Shown here one piece after another: positions 37,646 through 52,459 of a DNA stretch of 64,000 nt (position 1 is its first letter; every line of letters starts with the position of its first letter). The stretch is from NCBI RefSeq assembly GCF_009914755.1, contig NC_060944.1, one strand, 5' to 3'. The stretch comes from the human T2T-CHM13v2.0 reference genome, Homo sapiens. The notes under the pieces are model-generated. The model did no database searches. It had not been told where the DNA came from and was given only the letters and a program-made list of their open reading frames with translations. A program made the translations under genes and the position numbers.

Positions 37646-38088
37646 TGTTGTCCTAGTTTTGTGTTGCTATGAAGGAATATCTGAGGCTGGGTAATTTCTT
37701 TTTCTTTTTCCTAGGTGAGGAGAAGGATAGAGGCTGGGCCATTATAAAGAAAAGAGGTTTGTTTGGCTCACGGTTCTGCAGGGTGTACGGGAAGCACGGT
37801 GCCGGCACCTGCTTCTGGGGAGGCCTCAGGGAGCGTGCACTCGTGGCGGGAGGTGTCTCATGGTAAGAGAAGAGGCGAGAGAGAGGGGCGATGCCAGGAT
37901 TTTTTTAAAACAACCAGCTCGTGTGGGAACTAATAGAGCAAGAACTCACTCATCACCATGAGGAGGGCACTAAACCATTCATTCTGGATCCTTCCCTATG
38001 ACCCGAACACCTCCCACCAGGCCCCGCCTCCAACATCGGGGATTAAATTTCAACATGAGGTTCGGGGACAAACGTCCAAACTATAGCA
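37646..38088 (-). mobile_element. MST-family MaLR LTR
   Basis: GTTGCTATGAAGGAATATCTGAGGCTGGGTAATTT ... CCCACCAGGCCCC.CCTCCAACA ... CCAAACTATAGCA. Confidence 0.8.
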
Positions 38089-38217
38089 GGTATTTCTGAA
38101 GAACACCCAGGTGTTTCAAAGCTGGGGTGAAGCCGTGGGTTAACACTGTTTTTCAGACATGGCTGGAGACCTGGGGTTCCTACACCACAGAGTCTCCCTG
38201 CCAGAGTTCTCAGCTCC

Positions 38218-38524
<307 letters not shown>

Positions 38525-39037
38525 AAGACAGTGTGGTATTTGCATCAAGATAGACAGATCAATAGAACAAATTAGAGATACCAGAAATAGACCCACAAAT
38601 ATGAGCAAGTGATTTTCAACAAAGCTGCAAAGGCAATTCAATAAAGGCAAGTTTTGTTCTCAGTAAATGATGCTAAACAGTTGGATATCCATATGCAAAA
38701 AAATGAACTTTGATCCATACCTTGTACTATATTAAAATATTGTCAATATGGATCATAAACCTAAATGTAAAAGCTAAAATTATAAAACTTCTATAAGAGG
38801 ACATAGAAGAAAACCTTTGCAAACTTAGATCAGGCAAAACATTATTAGATAGGATATCAAAACATAATCCATCAAATAAATAAGATGTTTCATCAAAACT
38901 AAGAACTTCTGCTATTCCAAAGACACTGCTAAGAAAATGAAAAGACAAGCCCAAGGCTGTAAGACAATTTTTGCAAATCACATATTTGATAAAGGACTTG
39001 TATCCAGAGTATATCAAGAACTCTCAAAACTCAATAA
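38525..39037 (+). mobile_element. Old L1 (L1M) ORF2-region fragment
   Basis: AAGACAGTGTGGTATTTG...CCAGAAATAGACCCACA...TTTGCAAATCACATATTTGATAAAGGACTTGTATCCAGA. Confidence 0.85.
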
Positions 39038-41260
<2,223 letters not shown>

Positions 41261-41305
41261 ACACACTTTGCTAGTTTTTTTTTTTTGTTTTGTTTTTTTA
41301 GTAGC

Positions 41306-41342
41306 AGTGCTGGGATTACAGGTGTCAGCCACCATGCCTGGC
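41306..41342 (-). mobile_element. Isolated 5' 37 nt of an Alu
   Basis: Reverse complement GCCAGGCATGGTGGCTGACACCTGTAATCCCAGCACT. Confidence 0.85.
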
Positions 41343-43428
41343 TCAAATACTACACTGTCTTGATTACTACAGCTTTATACTCAAATACTACACCATCTTG
41401 ATTACTACAGCTTTATACTCAAATACCACACCGTCTTGATTACCACAGCTGTATACTCAAATACCACACCGTCTTGATTACCACAGCTTTATACTCAAAT
41501 ACCACACCGTCTTGATTACCAAAGCTTTATACTCAAATACCACACTGTCTTGATTACCACAGCTTTATACTCAAATAACACACCGTCTTGATTACCACAG
41601 CTTTATACTCAAATACTACACCGTCTTGATTACCACAGCTTTATACTCAAATACCACACTGTCTTGATTACCACAGCTTTATAATCAAATACCACACTGT
41701 CTTGATTCCTATAGCTTTATACTCAAATACCACACTGTCTTGATTACCACAGCTTTATACTCAAATACTACACTGTCTTGATTACTATAGCTTTATACTC
41801 AAATACTACACTGTCTTGATTACTATAGCTTTATACTCAAATACTACACTGTCTGATTACTACAGCTTTATACTCAAATACCACCCTGTCTTGATTACCA
41901 CAGCTTTATACTCAAATACCACACCGTCTTGATTACCACAGCTGTATACTCAAATACTACACCGTCTTGATTACCACAGCTGTATACTCAAATACTACAC
42001 TGTCTTGATTACCACAGCTTTATACTCAAATACCACACTGTCTTGATTACCACCGCTTTATACTCAAATACCACACTGTCTTGATTACTATAGCTTTATA
42101 CTCAAATACTACACTGTCTGATTACTACAGCTTTATACTCAAATACCACACTGTCTTGATTACCACAGCTTTATACTCAAATACTACACTGTCTTGATTA
42201 CTATAGCTTTATACTCAAATACTACACTGTCTGATTACTACAGCTTTATACTCAAATACCACACTATCTTGATTACTACAGCTTTATACTCAAATACTAC
42301 ACTGTCTGATTACTACAGCTTTATACTCAAATACCACACCGTCTTGATTACCACAGCTTTATACTCAAATACTACACTGTCTTGATTACTACAGCTTTAT
42401 ACTCAAATACCACACCGTCTTGATTACCACAGCTGTATACTCAAATACTACACCGTCTTGATTACCACAGCTTTATACTCAAATACTACACCGTCTTGAT
42501 TACCACAGCTTTATACTCAAATACCACACTGTCTTGATTACTATAGCTTTATACTCAAATACTACACTGTCTGATTACTACAGCTTTATACTCAAATACC
42601 ACACTGTCTTGATTACCACAGCTTTATACTCAAATACTACACTGTCTGATTACTACAGCTTTATACTCAAATACCACACTGTCTTGATTACCACAGCTTT
42701 ATACTCAAATACTACACTGTCTTGATTACCACAGCTTTATACTCAAATACCACACCGTCTTGATTACCACAGCTGTATACTCAAATACCACACTGTCTTG
42801 ATTACCACAGCTGTATACTCAAATACCACACTGTCTTGATTACCACAGCTTTATACTCAAATACCACACTGTCTTGATTACCACAGCTTTATACGCAAAT
42901 ACCACACTGTCTTGATTACTATAGCTTTATACTCAAATACCACACTGTCTTGATTACTACAGCTTTATACTCAAATACCACACTGTCTTGATTACTACAG
43001 CTTTATACTCAAATACTACACTGTCTTGATTAACACAGCTTTATACTCAAATACTACACTGTCTTGATTACCACAGCTTTATACTCAAATACTACACTGT
43101 CTTGATTACTATAGCTTTATACTCAAATACCACACTGTCTTGATTACTATAGCTTTATACTCAAATACTACACTGTCTTGATTACCACAGCTTTATACTC
43201 AAATACTACACTGTCTTGATTACTATAGCTTTATACTCAAATACCACACTGTCTTGATTACCACAGCTTTATACTCAAATACCACACTGTCTTGATTACC
43301 ACAGCTTTATACTCAAATACCACACTGTCTTGATTACTACAGCTTTATACTCAAATACCACACTGTCTTGATTACTATAGCTTTATACTCAAATACCACA
43401 CTGTCTTGATTACTATAGCTTTATACTC
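41343..43428. repeat. 38-bp AT-rich L1-derived minisatellite, ~55 copies
   Basis: Unit TCAAATACCACACTGTCTTGATTACCACAGCTTTATAC, running directly into minus-strand L1. Confidence 0.96.
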
Positions 43429-44475
43429 TGTTTTGAGGTCAGGTAGTGTCAGTCCCTGTAACTTCATTTTTCAAAGTTGTTAGGGGATTATAGGTTCTTT
43501 GCAAATTTCTATGCAAATTTTGGAATCAGTTTGTTAATTTCCAGAAAAAAGCCTCTTGCAATTTTAATTGCATTAAATCTATAGATGAGTTTGGGTAGAA
43601 TCGGCATATGGAGTTTTCTGATGCATGAACACAGCATAACTCCTATTTACATCTTTAATTTCTCTCAGCAGTTTTACGGTTTTTAATGTATGGCTTCTGT
43701 CAGTTGTATTTCTAGGTATTTCATTTTTTGATGCTATTATAAATAGCATTGTTTTTAAAAATGTTCATTTGATTATTCGTTTCTAGGATATAGAAATCCC
43801 ATAGATTTTTGTGTATTGATTTTGTATCCTGAAACTTTGCTGAAGTTGCTTATTAGTTCTAGTAGCTTTTTTGTGGATTATACCCAACTTTCTACACAGA
43901 TGATCATGTCTGTGAATTAGACAATTTTTTATTTCTAACCTGGACACCTTTTATTTCTTTTTCTTGCCTTATTGGTTTGGTTAGAGTGTCCAGTACAATG
44001 TTGAGTAGAATTGAACATCCTTGCCTCCGTCTTGCTCTGAGGAGAGACATGGATTAAGATTTAACTTGGGTTTTTCATATCAGGCTGACACATTCTCCTA
44101 TTCCTAGTTTGCTGAGAGTCTTTATGAGGGATGGATTTTAGATTTTGTCAAATGCTTTTTCTGCGTCTATTATGATAATCATGTGTTTCCTTTTTTAGTT
44201 TGTTAATATAACGAATCACACTGATTTTGTTAAACTAACCTTGCATTCTGGAATAAACTCTGCTTGGTCATATTATAGTATTTTTTCAAATATTGATGGA
44301 TTTTGATTTACTAAAATGTTGTTAATAATTTTTGCATCTGTGTTTATGAGGGATATTGGTCTGTAATTTTTTTTCTTGTGGTGCTTTTGGTATCAGAGTA
44401 ATCTTGGCCTCAATGAATGAGTTGGGAGACGGTCCCTCTTCTTCAGTTTCCTCAAAGAGTTCTGTGAAATTGGCA
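43429..44475 (-). mobile_element. Old L1 (L1M) fragment
   Basis: T-rich L1 antisense motifs TTTTGTATCCTGAAACTTTGCTGAA, CTATTCCTAGTTTGCTGAGAGT, TTTTGTCAAATGCTTTTTCTGC. Confidence 0.85.
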
Positions 44476-44477
44476 TT

Positions 44478-44694
44478 CTTTTCTTTTTGGAGACAGAGTC
44501 TTGCTCTGTTGCCCAGGCAGGAGTGGCGTGGGTCACATCAGGGCTCATTGTAGCCTCAACGTCTGGCAAAGTGATCCTCCCATCTCAGCCTTCCAAGTAG
44601 CTGGACCAGAAGTGTGAGCCACCACACCTGGCTAATTTTTAATTTTTAGTAGAGACGGGGTCTCGCCATGTTGCCCAGGCTGGTCTTGAACTCC
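44478..44694 (-). mobile_element. Partial Alu
   Basis: GAGACAGAGTCTTGCTCTGTTGCCCAGG ... GGCTGGTCTTGAACTCC. Confidence 0.85.
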
Positions 44695-45403
44695 CCACAC
44701 TCCAGGGATGACACCTTCACTCAAATCACAGCCCCTCTGGCTGTTCGTTCCTGGAGCCCCTTGTGCTGCGTTGGCCCCTGCTTGGTCCTGGTCTGTCTGG
44801 CCACCCTCAGGCTCCTGCCTGGTGTGTCACACCTCCCGCATCTACTGTCCCTCCTGGCTCCAGGCACCTGCCCAGATGCCACTCCACCGTCTCCCCTCCT
44901 GTCTGAGATGCAGGGCATGACCACGGGTGCTGCTCTTAGAGCTTCATGCTCCGTCTGCCCCACTGGGAAGCAGCTGAGACCTCAGTCAGCCACCTTGGGG
45001 GCCCAGATTAGTTTGAGACACTTGAGACCTGTTAAGTCCCGTTCCACAGACCCCTCTGAGCCTCCTCCATCACCACACATGTGGGAAGATCCAGGCCAGT
45101 GGGACCTGGCCAAACTGGTGATGGGGAGCATCCCAGGGGCTTGGGGACACTTGGTGGCCAAAGGTTGGAGAGGGTGGAGGATGCTCAGCCAGAGCCGGAG
45201 CAGCCCCTTTGGTGGGACAATTGCAGAAAACTGATAGTAACGCAAACAATTCTTGTTCTAGAACTGCAAAGGAGTTTTGTCCAGAGGAATGAAGTAGATG
45301 AGTGTTTTGTGGATGTCTATTTCACACCCTGGATTGTCGATCGTGGTTTGGGTCCTCCTTGGAACTGGGCTCCTAACGCTCAACAGGCTTCTTCATTCAT
45401 TAT

Positions 45404-46130
<727 letters not shown>

Positions 46131-46599
46131 CAGTGTGCGTGGAAGGGGCTGCTCCAGACAGAGGAAACCACACACGCAGATGTCCCAGGAATGGGGGGTA
46201 GGGGAAGGAGGTGCTGGGTCATGGAGAACCTTTGAACTGTTTTCCTAAAGGCAATGGGAGGCTTCTTTAAAAAGCCTAATTCTGGAAAAGGTTAAAGCAC
46301 ACATTTTGAAGACGAAACTATGACCCTCAGGCCAGAGGTTTTATTTAACTTGTGTTGGTTTTAACCCCTGGGCCTGAGAACAGAGAACAGGGTGAGTGTG
46401 ACAGAGGCATGCCCGCTTCTGGGGAGGCCAGTGGGGCCTCTGCGCCTCCTGGCAGGGGTCACTCAGGAAGAACAAGAGGTCGAGTGGAAGACTATGCTGG
46501 ATGTTAAAGGTGGAATTTTGGTGCATTTGTCCTGGACCACTGACGCTTTCTTGTTCAGCACAAGGGCGATGGCAATGGCCACTGGCAATCCTGGGCTCC

Positions 46600-46956
46600 A
46601 GGTGTGTGCATGTGTGTGCGTAGAGGCACTGGAGTATCCAGGCATGTTCATGTGTGTGAGTAGAGGCACTGGAGTACACTGGAGTATCCAGGCGTGTGCG
46701 TGTGTGAGTAGAGGCACTGGAGTATCCAGGCGTGTGCGTGTGTGAGTAGAGGCACTGGAGTATCTAGTCGTGTGTGTGTGTGAGTAGAGGCACTGGAGTA
46801 TCCAGCGTGTTCATGTGTGTGAGTAGAGGCACTGGAGTATCTAGTCGTGTGCGTGTGTGAGTAGAGGCACTGGAGTATCCAGGCGTGTTCATGTGTGTGC
46901 ATAGAGGCACTGGAGTATCCAGGCGTGTGCGTGTGTACGTAGAGGCACTGGAGTAT
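46600..46956. repeat. 38-40 bp minisatellite, ~9 copies
   Basis: Unit GTAGAGGCACTGGAGTATCCAGGCGTGTGCGTGTGTGA. Confidence 0.93.
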
Positions 46957-47277
46957 TGACACGCTAGGGGTGGACATGCCCAGTGTGGATGCCCTGCAGT
47001 GCTACCCTGGGAAGCAGATGATCTGGGCCATCTGGTGGCCACACTGGTACTGTGCTGCTCTGTGTTTAGCTGGGCATGTGCTCTGGGCTGGGCATGAGAC
47101 AAAATGAGGATAGCTGCTGGGCTGTGGATAGTTGTTCACAGGGGTGCAGGCTGTTGTAGGTGGGCCAGGAGGGGCTGGGCAGCCCATGAGGGTGAGGCTG
47201 AGACTCCACACTGAGCCCAGGTTTAGGGGACCTGGTGGGGGTCACAGCCTCCCCTGTCCCAGACTTCTCCTGGCCTC

Positions 47278-47889
47278 TCTCATGTCCTATGAGACCCCCT
47301 CACTGTCCACCCTCATGTCCTATAGAGACCCCCTCACTGTCCACCCTCATGGCCTGTAGAGACCCCCTCACTGTCCACCCTCATGTCCTATGAGACCCCC
47401 TCACTGTCCACCCTCATGTCCTATAGAGACCCCCTCACTGTCCACCCTCATGGCCTGTAGAGACCCCCTCACTGTCCACCCTCATGTCCTATGAGACCCC
47501 CTCACTGTCCACCCTCATGGCCTATAGAGACCCCCTCACTGTCCACCCTCATGTCCTATGAGACCCCCTCACTGTCCACCCTCATGGCCTGTAGAGACCC
47601 CCTCACTGTCCACCCTCATGTCCTATAGAGACCCCCTCACTGTCCACTCTCATGTCCTATAGAGACCCCCTCACTGTCCACTCTCATGTCCTATAGAGAC
47701 CCCCTCACTGTCCACTCTCATGTCCTATAGAGACCCCCTCACTGTCCACCCTCATGTCCTATAGAGACCCCCTCACTGTCCACCCTCATGTCCTATGAGA
47801 CCCCCTCACTGTCCACCCTCATGGCCTGTAGAGACCCCCTCACTGTCCACCCATATGGCCTGTAGAGACCCCCTCACTGTCCACCCTCA
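47278..47889. repeat. 32/34-bp minisatellite, ~18 copies
   Basis: Unit CTCATGTCCTATAGAGACCCCCTCACTGTCCACC. Confidence 0.95.
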
Positions 47890-48623
47890 GGACCCTCTGC
47901 ATTTGCTCCTTGGGTTCCCGGAACTTGAGCTTGGGTCTTGGTCCACAGCAGCTTTGGGAAGGGCCCTCGGCTGCTTTTTGCTTCAGCAGCTGGGGAGCAG
48001 TTAACTTTCAGACCCGGCCCTCCCCCAAGGCAGCTCAGGGAGGGGCTGGACACTCGGTTATTTATGTATTTACTTATTTTTAAATCAAAGCACAGCAAAC
48101 ATGACCATGTGGGGGTGGCCCAGTGGACCCTCACAGTGAGCCCTGGGCCACACAGAACATGGCCCTGGAGCACCCCTATGAGGTTTTAACAGGGTTTTGG
48201 GGGACCTTGGTGCTTCCTAAAGTTTCGGGATGAGTCCCCGGGGTCTCCAGACTGCGTCTGCCTCCTCGTGCACCAGAGGGTGGCAGTAACTGTTCATGTT
48301 TGCCCCATCCAGGGGTTTTTACCAGGGGTACCTCATCCTTTCTGGGGAGTGGGGAGAGCACCTGAGGGGGTCGGCCTGGAACAGGAGGTTGCAGCCCATT
48401 GCCTGAGTCTTAAAGTGTGCCCTTCCCCACAGCACTTCAGGATCACTCTGGGACCATCCTAGGATTAGGAATTTTAAAACGTTTAAAAAAAATTATTTTC
48501 CTTTTTTTGGGGGAAATTGGTTATACATCCAGATGATTCAAAAAGTAAAAGTTTAAAAATAAATAATAGTTTAAAAAATGCGCAAAACAAAAAAACTGCA
48601 TACAGTGAAAAGGAAGCATTTCT

Positions 48624-48825
48624 TTTTTTAAAAAATTTTATTATTATTATACTTTAAGTTCTAGGGTACATGTGCACAACATGCAGGTTTGTTACATATG
48701 TATACATGTGCCGTGTTGGTGTGCTGCACCCATTAACTCATCATTTAGCATTAGGTGTATCTCCTAATGCTATCCCTCCCCTCTCCCCGCACCCCACAAA
48801 AGTCCCCGGTGTGTGATGTTCCCCT
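48624..48825 (-). mobile_element. 5'-truncated L1PA 3' end (~200 bp) with 18-bp TSD
   Basis: TTATTATACTTTAAGTTCTAGGGTACATGTGCACAAC...; TGAAAAGGAAGC(A/G)TTTCT at 48606-48623 and 48826-48843. Confidence 0.92.
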
Positions 48826-48877
48826 TGAAAAGGAAGCGTTTCTGCTTCTCCTCTTTCCGGTCCTTGACAGTGATTCC

Positions 48878-49870
48878 GTGCATCACAAACACACACGCTC
48901 CCTCAGTTACACGAATCACAAACACACGCTCCCTCAGTTTTGTGCATCACAAACGCACACGCTCCCTCAGTTTTGTGCGTCACACACACGCTCCCTCAGT
49001 TTTGTGCGCCACAAACACGCGCACTCCCTCAGTTATGTGCGTCACAAACACAGACGCTCCCTCAGTTTTGCGCATCACAAACACACACGCTCCCTCAGTT
49101 ATGGACATCACAAACACACACGCTCCCTCAGTTTTGTGCTTCACAAACACACACGCTCCCTCAGTTATGGACATCACAAACACACACGCTCCCTCAGTTT
49201 TGTGCTTCACAAACACACACGCTCCCTCAGTTATGGACATCACAAACACACACGCTCCCTCAGTTTTGTGCTTCACAAACACACACGCTCCCTCAGTTAT
49301 GGACATCACAAACACACACGCTCCCTCAGTTTTGTGCGTCACAAACACAGACGCTCCCTCAGTTTTGCGCATCACACACACGCTCCCTCAGTTTTGTGTG
49401 TCACAAACACACACGCTCCTTCAGTTTTGTGCTTCACAAACACACACGCTCCCTCAGTTTTGTGCATCACACACACATTCCCTCAGTTTTGTGCGTCACA
49501 AACACGCGTGCTCTCTCAGTTATGTGCGTCACAAACACAGACGCTCCCTCAGTTTTGCGCATCACACACACGCTCCCTCAGCTTTGTGCTTCACAAACAC
49601 ACACGCTCCCTCAGTTTTGTGTGTTACAAACACACACGCTCCCTCAGTTTCGTGCATCCCAAAGACGATTCCTCAGTTTTGTGCATCACAAACACATATG
49701 CTCCCTCAGTTTTGTGCGTCACAAACGCGCGCTCCCTCAGTTATGTGCGTCACAAACACAGACGCTCCCTCAGTTTTGCGCATCACACACACGCTCCCTC
49801 AGTTTTGTGTGTCACAAACACACACGCTCCCTCAGTTTTGCGCATCACAAACACACACGCTCCCTCAGTT
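48878..49870. repeat. 29-33 bp minisatellite, ~31 copies
   Basis: Unit CATCACAAACACACACGCTCCCTCAGTTTTGTG. Confidence 0.95.
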
Positions 49871-50251
49871 GTCAGGGGACTTTGCACTGTGCCTTTGCAT
49901 GAAACACCATGGCTTGAAGAGGTCCCGCATCGTTAGGGCCCCCTTGCCCATGGTGTGGCGTCCCCTGACCGATTTAGCCGTTATTGAGAGACAGCCAGGT
50001 TGCTTTCAACGTTTTCTTTTTCACAGACAGTGGTGCCAAAGGCGTCCTTGGACATGAGTCGTCTCCCAGTGGGTGAGCACATCTTAGGGCAGATTTCTGA
50101 AGGAAGATGTGCCAGGCAGAGGGGGTCTGAAGTTTTAACTTTGAAGGGCGTATTGTCACACTGCCCTCCACAGAGCTTGTACCACGGAGGTGGTGGCAGT
50201 GTCTTGCTGCCCATGCCTTCCTAATGTGTGTGTTGTGAAGTCTCTCGTTCT

Positions 50252-50710
50252 TTCTTTTTAAAAATTTATTATCTTTAATTTTTTAAAATGTAGAGACAGG
50301 GCCTCACTATGTTGCTCAGGCTGGTCTCGAACTCTTGGGCTCTAATTTTTGTATTTTTAGTAGAGACAAGGTTTTGCCATATTGGCCAGGGTGGTCTCGA
50401 ACTCCTGACCTCAAGTGATCCGCCTGGCTCGGCCTCCCAGAATACTGGGATTACAGGCCCTTGACCCATTTTTCTTATTGTGTTGTTGGATTTTGTCTTA
50501 TTGATTTGTACGGGGCGTTTACATATTAAGGAACTTACACCTACATACTTGCAGATATTTTTTTCATTTTTTTCTTAAAAAATTTTCTTTTGAGAGACAG
50601 AGGTCTCACTGTGTTGCCCAGGCTGGTCTCAAACTCCTGAGCTCAAGGGATCCTCCCATCTCAGCCTCTCAAGCAGCTGGGTCCACAGGTATGTGGCACC
50701 ACCTCCCCTG
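50252..50710 (-). mobile_element. Alu fragments/monomers
   Basis: Alu antisense motifs at ~50290-50460 and ~50585-50710. Confidence 0.75.
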
Positions 50711-51739
50711 GTTTGTTATTTGACTTTTGTCTTTGCTTAAGGAGTTTTGCCATAGAGAATTTTCTTTTTATTACATGAGGTAATTAATCTTTTTCATAAT
50801 ATCCCCCGTCCCCCATGCTTTCTTCTAGTACTATTTAAATTAAAAACTTTTAAATCTTTTTAAATCTATCCAGGCTTTATTTTGGTATAAGAGCCAAGGT
50901 CGTGATTGATTGGTGTCAGTTAGCATCCATGGAGGAGACAGATGTCACCCTCAACTTGGGAAATTTGAGGAGAGATGAATAAAGGGACTAAGATGTGGTT
51001 GGCATGTAGAGAAACCACTAAGGCTAATGCTGGGTGGGACCCCTCAGGCCTCGGAGGACACAGGGAGGCTGCAAGGGAGGTGGTCCTGCAGGAGCAGAGA
51101 CCTGGGTGTGGGGAGACTCGAGTGCAGGACCCTACAGGGAGGGCTGGGGAAGCAAACACCCACTCCCAGTTGGCTCCCTGCAGGCCAGTCCCACCCAGCA
51201 GCCCGGAGTCAGGCAGCCGCAGGTGGCCCTGCAGGTCACAGAGGTGGAAAGTGGGGTGGGCCAGATGCTGGACAGGTGCAGCACAGGACGCTGGGATGAG
51301 CTTTGCCAGATGTGGCTCCATTACTGAACCAACAACAACCGACTTGGGGGATGGGCACTTCCAGAAGCTCCCCAGGGCACCTGGACTCAGCCCCCAGGGG
51401 TGCAGTGTGCGGTTGGGTGTTGGAGGCCTCAGGTCTGGGCCTAGTGGAGGCCAAAGGGTAGGGCCAGTGTGGAATGAGCTGACCACAAGCTGTTCTAGAC
51501 AAGGCTGTAATCTGCCTTTGTGACCCCAGGGCTGTCCATGGGGAGCTCTGTGGACCTCTCAATGTCAGCGTTTTGGGGTAAGGGTGGGGGTCAGGTGATG
51601 CTGGGATAGATGGGGCAGGGTCTGTGGGGGTGGGGAGGGCCGGGGAGGCTGTTGTCATTCATTCATCCAGTGCACACGGGTGAAGCCCTGCTCTAGCCAC
51701 GCCCTGGAACAAGGCCATGAGGAATCAGACACTAGCGGT

Positions 51740-51930
51740 TACTTTTAACGAGCACCTACTGTATGCAGGTTCCTTGTGTTGACCTTCAGGAGCTCATTTA
51801 CTACTCACAACAACCCTGCCGTCTAAGTGAGGAGACTGAGTTTCAGAAAGGTTAAGTAACCTGCCCGTGGTCACACCGAGCTGGGATTCGAACGCGGGAC
51901 TGGCTGACTCCAGGCCTCAAGCTGTGTTCT
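51740..51930 (-). mobile_element. MIR
   Basis: GAGGAGACTGAG...AGGTTAAGTAACCTGCCC.TGGTCACAC...GGGATTCGAAC core. Confidence 0.75.
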
Positions 51931-52149
51931 GCTAAGCTGTGCTGCTGCCTCTGGGAAGTCTCACAGAGATGAAGGCCAGCCTGTCTCCACTTTTGGGGAA
52001 TTCACCCTCCATTGGGTGGGCAGAGGCCTCATTATCAAATAAGGACAGCGGAGAGATTCGTGCTGAGCCACATGCGCTGTCCTGCACTCACCCATTCTTG
52101 CGGCACGGGAACTGAGCACGTATGTTGAGCTCCTGCCAAAAAGTTATGA

Positions 52150-52459
<310 letters not shown>

